From: an uncultured Spirochaetota bacterium
Lineage (GTDB): Bacteria > Spirochaetota > Spirochaetia > SZUA-6 > Fen-1364
Direction of reading: 5' to 3'
Assembly: GCA_963820525.1 (NCBI GenBank)
Contig: CAWGAA010000001.1
Coordinates: 2,304,001-2,368,000, forward strand
Length of the DNA: 64,000 nucleotides
Of this stretch, positions 19,645 through 31,600 are shown in pieces. The notes beneath the pieces are model-generated. The model was given only the letters and a program-made list of their open reading frames with translations. It had not been told where the DNA came from and did no database searches. The first letter of the stretch is position 1; every line of letters starts with the position of its first letter. The position numbers and the translations under genes were made by a program.

Positions 19645-22600
19645 TTACTGTTCCTTCTTATGATAGACCAGATTGAAGCGGCTCCCCGCATACCCGATGG
19701 CGATGTCCGCGGATTGCGCAACTCCCGCGACGTAGCGGCCGATGTTCAGCGTAGAGCTGGTCACGATGTTCGTTCTGTGGTCGCGCACGGGATCGTTCAC
19801 GGGGATAGTACCGTATTCCCAGTCGTCGGCGCTCGATCCGGTCCCACTCTTCACCCACGCTATCTTCAATCCACCCAGGGTGCCGACTGAAGAAGCGTTC
19901 TCGTACGATACGTACGGTATGGCGGTAGTTCCAATATACATCAGGGAAATCCTGCTCCAGGGCCCAACCGATTCTACGGAGTCGATGGTTACCGGGGCAT
20001 CGAACGTATATTGCACCCCGGCGCCGGTCCCATCAACGTCATGACCATGGATGAAGACGAGGTTCCCGTCCGCGTTCTGGAAGGTCATAATGAACAGGTC
20101 GCCATACGTCGAAGATGCCGCGTCGTTGCTGTCCACCACCATGCTGACGTAGCTTCCCAGGAAGCTGTTTACGGGCTGGATGAGATCGATCTCCCACTGA
20201 TGAGTAGCGCTCGGAGCGTAGGGGGCGGTAGCATTGAAATTCCCGACGGGTTGCGTGTTCCAGCCGCGGGCAATCTTCAGCGTCTTGTTGGTGTTGCTGT
20301 AGTACACGATGACGGGAACGCCGTCATCCGGGTCTATGCCGATATCGCTCCACAACCCGACGTCCTCGCTGGAGGCGTACTTGTAGTCAGGGGCTGCGCC
20401 GGCCAGGAAATCGTAGCCATCCACGACGACCTGGTTGTCGGTGAGGTGGTTCTGTCCGATGAACGTCCCCGTTCCGCCGGTGACCACCCCGTATTTCAGG
20501 CATTTGCTCCACCCGTCGTAGTACGAGATGTACTTGACGTCGTTCGCCGGAGCGGCTCCCACCTTCACCGTGAACCGCGGGTTCTTGAACTGGAAGAGCA
20601 TTTCATCCTGGCCGTCGGAGTGATTCGCTGGAGGAGGATCCGAGTTGCCTTCCCGCTCGATTTGCCGTGAGCTTCCCGTGTCGATGAAAGAGTTGAGACC
20701 CTGCCATGTCCCGGTCATATTCTGGTTTTCCAGCACAACGGAATGCCTGACGTCTACTCCTGCGTTGTTGCGGACGAACAGATCCGTATACTCGGCCGGG
20801 TCGACACCGCTCCAGATTTCGGTAGCGGCGCCTCCATAGGAGTTCGGCATGCTGTAGTACGACGCGCCGGAGTTATAGCTGGACCAGGCGCCGTAGACGT
20901 GGCTATTGGTGGGATTGATCGACATTGACGGCCACTCGGGTGCATCAGAGCCCGCGAAATAATCCCCGACGTCGAACACTGACATGTAGCGGTCGTCGTC
21001 CCAGAGGCCCGAACCGCCTTCGTTGTTATATTCCGCAGAATTGGAGTCGGTATTGTTAATGGAGGGCTGGCCGTTGACAACCACCTTCAAGTAGCCGGAG
21101 TTCACCATTTGCGTTCCGGTGAAGGTGAGGGAGGTATACGGCGATCCACTGCCGCTCACGGTCACAGTATTCTGCTGGACGGAGACCTTTACATCAGCGC
21201 CGTCGCTGGTGAAGTCGACCGCAGGGCCGCCGGAGGTGAGCGATACCTGGAAGTAATTCGCGGCCGTATTGACGACATAGTATCCGACGTTCGATGAGAT
21301 CCCTGTCGGAAGCGTTGTCGCGGTAATCCACACTATCGTGCCGTTGGCGAGCCCGTGCGCTGTGGCATTCAGTCTATTGTCTCCATTGGTTGCGACGACG
21401 AGGAACGGCGTGCGGTTGATCGTGACGGTGGGAGTGTCGGTCCCGTCGCCGAGGTTGAATCCGGTCATGGTAAGGTTGGTCTCGCCCGCGTTCACGAGGA
21501 ACTTCCCATACTTTGTGCGGTTCGTCGGATACGGGCTCTGGCGGGTGATGCTCGTGATGTACGGAACCACGTCCACCTGGTAGGCGGGCTTGTTCGGGGG
21601 CAGGGTAATGGAGTAGCTCGTGCTGCCTACCGCAACCGGGACCGCAAGCTCGATGACGCCGCTTCCTGAGTCATAGTCCGCTACCGTGGTGTTGGTAGAA
21701 CCGACGGTGATCGGCAGGTTGTCCCAGAGGGTCGTTCTACCCTGGAGATTCACGTCCGAAATGTGGGTCGTGTCCGCGCGCGTGCCGGTCCCGCTCAGCG
21801 TCGTGTTGTCCGCCGTCACGGCTGAACGGGTGGCTGCCTTGTCCTCTGCCACGATCCTGATGTTCTGATCGTTCACAGCGATGTGGGAGATCCGCGCCGA
21901 GTCCCAATCCAACCGCCAGACAACCGAGTGCCCGGCCTGCGAGAACGTGGAGGACACCACCGTGAACTTCCAACCGTTCGTGCCAAAGGTGTCTGACGGC
22001 ACCATGAACCCGTTCATACTGGTCCAGTTCGCGGGCGGGGAGCCCAAGGGATCGTAGTTGGCGATCCGGTAGTATGTCTGGCCTCCGATGCTGGTGGTGG
22101 GGATGGTCGCGGCGTGCGGGAAGGTGAAGTTGTCGATATGCATCCAGATGTAAACCACTCCCTGATCGTCGCCCGTCGTGCCTCGTATGGATATCTTCCC
22201 CGAAACGTCGGGATCCGAATCGTCGATTCCCGCGAGCTCGATGTGCCCGTTTGTTTTCAAGTTCAGGTACAACGAATTGTCCGAGGCGCTGTTCCAGAAG
22301 AAGTTGTTGAGATAGGCCACCGGAGCTTTCGAGTCCGTGACCTTGATCTTGCAGACGATGTCCCTCTGGATGTGCTGGCTGTCGGTGAGCCTTGTCGTCT
22401 CCTCGGTGGTATCCCAGATGACGGATCGGAAGGTCCTCGTCCCGTCCGTGATGGCCGAAAGGGCCGTGGCATCCAGGAGTAGGGAAGTGATCGGCGTGCC
22501 GGTGCCGCCGTTTCTTACGACGTAGGTTCCTACTGCCGAGAGGCTTCCGGTGTTCGGGCCCGCGCTCACCTGGGTCTCCAGAATCCCGTTTCCGCCCGTG

Positions 22601-25600
22601 ATCTCGTACAGGATGTACATCGGAGCCGCTTTCACCTTGTAGCTGGTGGAGACCGAGGTCAGGTACGTGACGGGGTTGGTGCCCTGCGTGAAGAGGAACT
22701 TCTCTCGCTCAGTGCTGCTGGGCGTTTCATCGATGGACCCGTTCTTGTCCAGGTCCGTTCCCAGCCACATGGCGCCAAGCTGAGGCCCGCTGTTCTGCAC
22801 GGAGGTGGCAATTTGATAGTGGGCGGCGTTCCCCGCTTCATCGTAGACGACGTAGTGGATCTCGATGGGCCCGTCCGGGATATTCGCCGAGTTGACGTCC
22901 ACGTACCAGTCGTAGGTGTCTCCCACGGTCTGCCTGAGCTTCTCCACGTAGCCGTCGCCGTCGTCGTTGAGCACGGAGGCACCGTCGTGCGACTCCGTTA
23001 TGTTCTTGTGATCGATTGAGATCGCCAGGTCTATGGAGTACGCCGTGAGCCCCTGGTCCACGACCCCGTCCGCCCAGGTGATTGTGCCGCTTCCAGGGGT
23101 CCAGGTGTCGATTGTCCTGATGGTGCCGCCGATCGCGATTTTCTGACCCTTGTTGATCAAAGCGGCCGCCGGCGCGGCGATAAGGCTTGCGTCCACAAGG
23201 CTCGTCTGCGAGGGTCGCGTCCCGGTGCCCGTCCGCACGGGCTCGTATCCGCTGAAGGCGAAGTCGCTCAAATACGCCTTCGTGTTGCCGGCCAGGGGGT
23301 TGTACATGCGGTCGTTGGCGGGGTTCCCCATGCCTCTTCGGATGAAGTAGACCTCGACCCTGTCCACGTCGGAGCCTTCATCGAGAGCGCTCCCCGTGAG
23401 CTTGCACCATCCGTTGTCCTGAACCATGAACTTGGTGAGGTTGTCGAAATCCGGTCCTGTAGGCGCCGTGGGCGGCTTGGTGTCTATGGTGATCCGCATG
23501 TCCAAAGAGCTGGACTTGGGCTGCGCCGCCACGTCCACGGCGGCAAGAGTGAAGTTGAGCGGGACGACGGAGTTTCCCGGAGAATCGATTTCGACGTTCA
23601 GGTCTATCCGCTTGTAGAGCCCGTTCGTGTATGGGGGAACGGACGGGGTAACCAGCGTGAATGAACCGGTGTCCCCGGTGTAGACGCTGCCGTTCCAGAA
23701 GATCGACTTCGAGATGGGGGCGGAAAGCGACACGCTGGACAAAGCGGATTCGTTTTCAATGCTCCCCTTGAGGTACCAGTTGCCCTTAATATACATTCCC
23801 GCGGTATATGTAACCGTGGTGGTGGGATCTCCCACTTTTTCCAGATACAGGGGAACGGTGGAGCCGATCTTCGGTACGTTCTTGTCCACAAGAATGGTCC
23901 TGGGCTGTGACCACGGCCCGAGGGTCCCGTTGATGTCCTTGGCCCGGACGCGGAAGCTGATCGGATTGGGCGTCTCGCCCGAGGGATCGAATTCCTGCGA
24001 GGAGTTGATGACTTCGTACCAGTTGTTGGAACCGATCACCGTGTGGCCGTTTCCGCCGTTGTACCAGTCCGTGCCGCCCGCCGTGTCGGCTGCGGTAAAC
24101 TGCCCGTCATTGTTGCAGTCGATCTGCATGGCGACTTCCGCCACGCCGTCGTCGTCGATGGCGCTTCCATAGATGCGGATGGAGCCGCCGAGGGTCATGT
24201 TGGCGTCCGGATAGGAGACGCTCGCTACCGGTTTGTCGCCGTTGGGGTCTATCCTGAGGCTGTAGGGGTAGATGGTGAAGTCGGTCTCGCCGATGGACAC
24301 GTCTCCCGACCAGGAGACGGTCCCGCTGGCCGGAGTCCACCCCGTGATGAGCCGCGCGTTGTTTCCGATGAACACGACCTGGCCCACCGCAATCCTGGTA
24401 TTGTTCTGGATGGCCGCGGAGCTGAGGCTGGTCGGGTTGGAGCGCGTCGCTCCGGCGCCCGTAATGGGCAGGCTCTCCGTGCTGTTGCCCGCCTTGTCGG
24501 TGGCTCTCAAGACCATGGGGAACACGAAGAGGTCTACCCCGGTGTACGAATCGTGAATGGCGGAGACGTCGGTGTACACCTCGTATTCCTGGCTGGTTCC
24601 CACCGCCACATCGGCGCCCGTCCAGGTGACGGTGCCGGCGGCCGGGGTCCAGGTTGCGATTACGCGATATGCGCCATTGATCTTGATCGTATTGCCCACC
24701 GCGGCATTGGGATTGCTGACCAGGGCTGCGGCGGTGAAGCTCTTCTCCTCTCCGGTCGTCCTGTCCACCAATCCCGAGTACATGGAGGAGTAATTGTCGA
24801 TCTTGCTGGGGTTCAGGAAAGGTATCTCCCAGGTGTAGACGGTGCCTCCAACAGCCGTTGGAGACTGGCTCGTGTAGTTCTTGCCCAGTCGATACATGAC
24901 GGTGTCCAGCCCGGAGCCGGAGTCGCTGGCCGTCCCTTTCACGGTGACCTCGCCGTTGACAATCGCGGCATTCACCGGGGTCAGGAAGCCGAGGCTCGGG
25001 GCGGAGTTATCCACAAGAATGGTCCGGGTTGCCGTGGAGGCCAGGCCTGATCCGTCCGTGACCGTCGCAACGACGTCCTTGGCGCCGTCGGAAAGCGCGG
25101 TAACGTTCGTGACCCCGGTTTCATACGGGGTGTATCCCGGCCACGCCACGGGGCTTCCCACGACGCTTGCCGTTACGTTTCCGATTCCGGGGATGGCCAC
25201 GACAACGGAAGCGACGCCGTTTTCATCCCGCGCGGAGTACCGGATGTTGAACCGTCCCGTGGGCCCGCCAAATGGCATGTTCGTCGTGAGGCTCTTGGCG
25301 GCCAGGTGCACGAAAACGCCGCTTCCCGCGCTGGTGATGTCCACCACGGGGCCGCCCGATGTGGCAGAGACCTGGATCTGGGTGGACGTTGGGACCGCGA
25401 CGACGAAGTAGGTGGTGTTTGCCGAGATCCCGCCCGGAAGCCCCGTTGCGCTGAAGGTTACCGTGTTGCCCGAGGCAAGCCCGTGCGCGGAATCAGTGGT
25501 GATAATGTCGGAGGTGTCGTTGGCCGTTGCAGGAAGACAGGTTTCGATGGTGATCGTCGGATCGACTTCAGGAGTCTTCGTGTCCACCTTGAAGGTCACA

Positions 25601-28600
25601 GAGGTGTCGTCCGCCGCGTCCTGGATGCGCGGCTCGTTCGACAGGTCCGTCGTGAAGACGGTAGAGGAAGCATCGGTAACGCGGAAGTACAGGCGCTTGG
25701 TCCCGTCTCCGGAAGAAGCGTCGTAGCTCCAGCTTGCGTCCGCCGTCACGGTCTGGAAAGCGGAGATCGTCACATCCGTTCCATCGCTGGTGTAGTCCAG
25801 CTTTGTGCCGTCCAGGGTCTGCGAAACCTCGAAGTGGGTGGCGTCGAGGCCTTCAGAGATGACGTAGTAGCGCGTGTTGGCCGAGATTCCCGCGGGCAGG
25901 GCGGTGCCGCCGAAGTAGACGGCGGTACCCGCAACAAGGCCGTGCGCGGACCCTGTGGCGAACACGTCGGACCCGGAGTTGGGAGTTACGGTAACTCCAT
26001 CGAAAGCGGCCTCCCCAATCTCCAGTTTCGTCACCCCGTCGTCGTCGCTCACCGTGCCGTACACGGTATTGGTGAGCTTGAGGGTCGTCGTCCCATTGGG
26101 GTTCACGTTGGTCAGCTTGATCGTCGGCCGGTCGCTCTGCTGATCGATGAAGAAGCTCCTGTCCGTGTATTCGGGGTGCTGCGCATTGTAGGCGCTTTTA
26201 TTCCCCGCGATGTCGGTTGCCATCGCGCGAAGAGTGATGCCGTACTTGGTGCCGCTTACCAGTGTGGATGCGTTCACGACGTCGGCCGCCGTCGTGTCGA
26301 GCGCGGCCAGGTTCCAGGAGTAGCTTCCCGTGGGGCTCAGGGTAAGGGCCACCAGAGGCGCCTTGACGTCCACTCCGTCCGTGGAGAAGTCGAGCCGGGC
26401 GCCGTTCGGGGTGGCCGAGACCTCAAAGTGGGTGCTGTCCAGATTTTCGGAGATTACATAGTACGACGTGGCTGCGCTGATTCCCGTGGGAAGCGTGGTC
26501 CCGGTGAAGCTCACCACGTCTCCGGCGGACAGGTTGTTCGCCGCCGTGGTCGTGAAGATATCGGTGAGGTTGTTCGCCGTGACAGTGGTATCCTTGACGA
26601 TATGCAGTGTGAGGGACTGCACGGCCACGTTATCCGAGCTTGTCCCGGTTACAGAGATCGTCTTGTTCGTCGTGGCGGAAGCCGCCGGGGTGAGGAAGCT
26701 CACCGTCGGCTTCACCCTGTCCAGGCTGATGTTCCGCGTTGCGGTGGAAGTCCTTCCCGCTACGTCGGTCAATGTGGCCGTCAGGGTGCACACTCCGTCA
26801 TCCAGGCCGCTGACTGACAGGGGCGCCGCGGAATCGTCCCATGTGCCGTTGTACACGTCACCGCCCGTCCTTGTCAGGACCCCATTGGATGCGTGCAGCG
26901 CGGCGTCCGCGAGACTGACGGCAATAGAGGAGACGCCGTTGGTGTCAGAGGCGGTCATCGAAACGGTGACTGCGCCGTTCCTGTAGGCGTTTGCCGTGGG
27001 AGCGGTGATGGAGCCGCCAGGCGGGGAGTCATCCTTCCAGAACGTCACGCTCGCCGTACCGGAAATGTTTCCCGCCTTGTCCTTGGCCTGGCATTGCAGG
27101 GTCTTCTGGCCCTCGGAACCGAGGGTGATGGTGGCGGTCCACGCGGTGCCGTTGTACACGCTGGCCGTCCAACCCACATCGGTGGACAGCTTCATCTCCA
27201 CCGTCTGGAGGCCCGCGGGGCCGGCGTCGGATGCCGTTGCCGCGGCGGAAAGCGAAATCCCGGAGAAGACGTCGGTGAGAACCGGCGCCGTTATGACGGG
27301 AGTGTTCGGCAGGCTCTTATCGATCACCAGTGTGTAAATGGAAGAAACGCTCGCGCTTCCGGCTGCATCGTGCGAGATCGCGCGGTAGAGGTAGGCGCCC
27401 TCGGATGCGGCGGTCACCCACGTTGCGTCCCTGCCCCAGCTCCACGTTTCGGGGGTGGTCGTGATCGTGGCGACGTTCGTGTAGGTCAGGCCATTGTCCG
27501 TGCTCTGCTCCACTGTCACGTTGACGAGGCTGCCATTGTCCGCGGCCGCTCCGGCGAGGGTAAAGGCCGTGTTTGTATAGACGGTGACGCCCGGAGTGTA
27601 CGGATTGGCGGGGTTTGTGCCGACCTGGAACGTGATGTCGGACAGCGTGGGCGGCACCTGATCCAGGTGAACCGCCTGGCTCGCCAGCGGAGAAGTGACG
27701 TTGCCGGCATTGTCGACGGCGCGCACATAGATCGTGCGGTCATCCGTGAACGAGCTTGAATCGTAGGTGTAGCTCCAGGTCGCGGTTCCGCTTGCGTCCT
27801 TCCAGTCCCCGGATCCCGGCTGGCCTGAAAGCATCACTGCCACCTGGACCTTGGAAAGCCCGCTGGTAGCATCGGAGGCGGTGCCCGAGATGCTGAAGGC
27901 GCCTTTCTTCCAGTCACCGTCTGCCGGTGAACCAATCGCCGCCGTCGGAGCCGCCGTGTCGACCTTTATGGGCACATCCACGGACGTAGACCTTCCATAG
28001 ATGTCGGTGGCCCGTATGGAGACCTTCTTGCTCATCCCCTCACCGATTGAAGCGGTTGGGATGGAGTCTGCCCATGACATCCTGCTCGCCGTGACGCCCG
28101 CCCCATCGCTCGCAAAGTCCACCTTGGCGCCTCCCGAGGAGGAGGAGACCTCGAAGGTCGTGGGATCAAGGTAGAGCACGTAGTACGGCGTGCCCCCGTC
28201 GAGCCCGCCGGGAAGGGTCGTTCCGCCGAAGTAGACGACCTGGCCGGCGGAAAGCCCATGCGGCGCCGCGGAAGTGAAAATCCCGGCTACATGGTCAGCG
28301 GTAACGCCGATGGCCGTGTCGTCGACCTGCATCTTTTCCCAAGTGCCCGGCGTGCCGGGATGGAATACCTCGATGTATTTCACTTCGGGAGTGCCGGGAT
28401 TGGAATCATGATCCCAGGTGGAAAGGCCGTTTAAGTCGATCCCGGTGCCGTTGACCGCGAGGTTTGCGCCGGTAACGTACGAATTGACGGCAGGGGAGCC
28501 CACTGTCACCGTAGGCGCGTTCTGGTCAACGGCAAACGCAACGTCCACCGTCAGGCTGACAAGCGCCGCGGCGTCCGTCGCCCGCACATGCAGAACGTGG

Positions 28601-31600
28601 TTCGCCTCCGCCAGTCCCGTGTCCGGGCCTTCGCCGTCGGTGTCGAGATCCACGGTGGCGGCCCAGTTGCTGCCGCCCGCAGCAAGGGCATAGGCTCCGC
28701 CGTCGACGGCGTACTCGACGCTCGCAATCTGAGACGCTTCGGCGACCGTGCCGGAGATCGTCATCGTCGGGCCCTGAGTCCAGCTCGAGGCCCCTGGCGC
28801 GGTCACGGCTACCACCGGTTTCGTGGTGTCGATGCGCACAAGCCGGGAGACCGTGGTCGTCTTTCCTGCCGCGTCGGTTACCGTGATCCGATATTCGTAT
28901 TCTCCGTCGTCATTATGCGTTCCGGTGTTGTCCACCGTCTTGGGATAGCTCCACGGCACATTGCTCTTCCCGGTCTTGGGCTGCGTGTCCACCGTGGCGT
29001 ACGCTCCCCCGTCCCGGGAGGCCTCCACCTTCACGCTCACAACTCCGTTGGTATCCGAAATCGTTCCCCCGATAGTGAAGTCCGCGGTCCTGTAGACCAG
29101 ATTCGGGGTAGCGATCTGATCCTCGATAATCGAAGGCGCAGAAAGATCGTAGCTGAACGCCACGCTTGACGTCGCGTCGGGGTTCAGCCCGTCGGAGGCC
29201 TTCATATACAGGGTCTTCGGCCCTTCCCCTCCGCCGCTCACGTCTATCGTCGCATTCCAGGCAAGCCCGGTCAACGCGATCGGCGTCCAGGTGGCGTTGT
29301 CAAGAGACCACGCTAATTGCGTCACGCCCTTTCCCGCGCCGTCGCTCACCGTGCCGCGGATCGTGTAGTTCGCCGCATCCGCCCAACCGCCGCTTGTCGG
29401 GTCTGTGATCGTCAAGACAGGGCTCGATGTGTCCACCATCGCCGTTCGGGTCGCGCTGGTGGTCTTGCCCACGACGTCACGCACCGTGATGACGTACTCG
29501 TAGTTGCCCTCGCTCAAGAGAGTTGTTCCCGGCGCCGCGGGGTCTCGCGGCAGGCCCGTCAGGCTCCACGCCTGGCTTGTCACGCTGTAGTTCTGGTTGA
29601 ACACTTCAATGGCCGTTCCGCCGTTCTTGCTCTGCGTCACCGTGACGTTGGCAAGCGCGTTGGTATCTTCCGCGGTCGCGTCCAACGTGAAGACCGCGTT
29701 CTTGAATTGCAGCCCGGTGGCCAGACTGATCCCGCTTAAGCTGGGATTCGACTGGTCGATCTGGAATGTGCGGGTTGCCACACCGCTGGTGTTGCTCGCG
29801 TTGTCGGTGGCACGGATGCTGAGGGTCTTCTGGCCCTCGCCGAGAGTGTTGAGATCCAGAGTCGCACTCCAACTCGAGGTACCGGTAGCGCTCTGCCAGG
29901 TGGTGCCGTTGGTGGACCACTCCACTGTAGCAACCCCGCTCAGGGGGTCGGTGGCCGTGCCCGATGCGTTGTATGCGGTTCCCGACAGCCACGCGCCCAC
30001 GCCGGGGTTGGAGATGCCGACAGTCGGCGCCGTGGTGTCGATCTGCACGGTGCGGGTCACCACGTGGGTGCGCCCCGCAACGTCGGTCAGGGTGGCCCTG
30101 TACTCGAAAAGCCCGTCGGCAAGCAGGGAGTCTGCAGGGGTTGCCGGGTCACGGGGCAGACCGGTGACGCTCCAGGGCTGCGGGGGTTGGGACCCGGAAA
30201 TGCCCTGGTTGTACACCTCGACGAAGGTTCCCGTACCCTTTTTCTGCTCGACCTTGATGCTGGCAAGAGCATTGGTATCAGCCGCCGTCCCATCCATTGG
30301 GAAGAGCGCGCTTCTGCCCACCACGCCGGTGGCGATATTGGTCACGGTAAGGACGGGGTTCGCCTGGTCTATGCCGAAATCGCGCTGAACCGTGGCGGAC
30401 CAGTTGCCCGCCGCGTCCACCGCCTTCACGGAGAGGCGGCGGTTGCCTTCCCCAAGGCCGCTTACGTCCATGAGGCCGGACCAGAAGGTGGTTCCGGTGG
30501 CCGTGTTCCAGGAGGAAAGGAGAGCAGGCGGAGTAGCGAGCGAATCTCCCGCCCACCAGTAGACCGCGGCCACTCCGGTTCCCGTCCCGTCCGAGGCATT
30601 TCCCGTTGCCGTGGAGGTGGAGCCGGAAAGCCAGGAAGAGCCCGCAGGAGCGGAGACGGCGAGTGTGGGCCCCGTAGTATCCACGACAAAACGATAGTCG
30701 GCCACGGTGGTCTTGGCGAAGCGGTCCGTGGCCCGGAACTTGTAGGTGTGGCTCCCGTCGAAGGTGTGGCCGGTTGTGTCGACGGCCACGGGGTAGCTCC
30801 ACGCGCCGCCGGGCGCGCTCAACACGGTCCAGGAGGCGCCGCCGTTGGTGCTCACCTCGACGTCGGACACGGTGTCGCTGTTCAGATCTGCAAGGCCGTT
30901 GGCATCGGAAGCGGTACCGCTGATGGCAAAGCCGGCGTTCACCACGGCGTCCTGGGCCGGGCTCGTCACCGAGGTGGAGGGCGGGTACTTGTCCACGACG
31001 AAGTACACGGGACCGATGGCATTGCTTGCGAACGGCAGGCCCATCTTCGCGGTGGCGAGGTCCGAGGCCTGGATGTGGAGGTAGTGCATGCCTTCGGCGA
31101 GGGAGGCTATGTTGTGCTCGAAGCTCACCACCTTGCCGCTGGGCCCCTTCTGGCTGACCGCAGCCCATGAGGCGGCCGCGTCGACGCTTATCTCGATGGT
31201 GGACGAGTCGAGGCTGTCATCGTCCGTTGCGCTTCCCTGCACCTTTGCGTTGGACTCGAGGAGGTTTCCCCATCCCAGCGCCGGGGTGTTTCGGGCGGCG
31301 CTCAAGTTCGTGAGGCTGATGACGGGTTTGTCTGAGGACTGATCCACGGCCAGGGCCTGGGCGACTTCCTGCGTGTTGCCGGCCAAATCTATGGCGCGGA
31401 TCCATGCATTGGTGACCGCGAGGTCGGTGAAGGTCGTGGTATCGATGACGAGGCTCGGAGTCGTCTTGTTGGTGGTTATCTCGGCAAAGGCGCCGCTGTC
31501 GCCATAGCGGTACCAGACGGTGGCCAGCCCCGTCGTATCGGAGACGGCCACGGTGAGGGTCACGATGCCGTTGACGGTGTTGGTGCCGATCACGGGCGTG

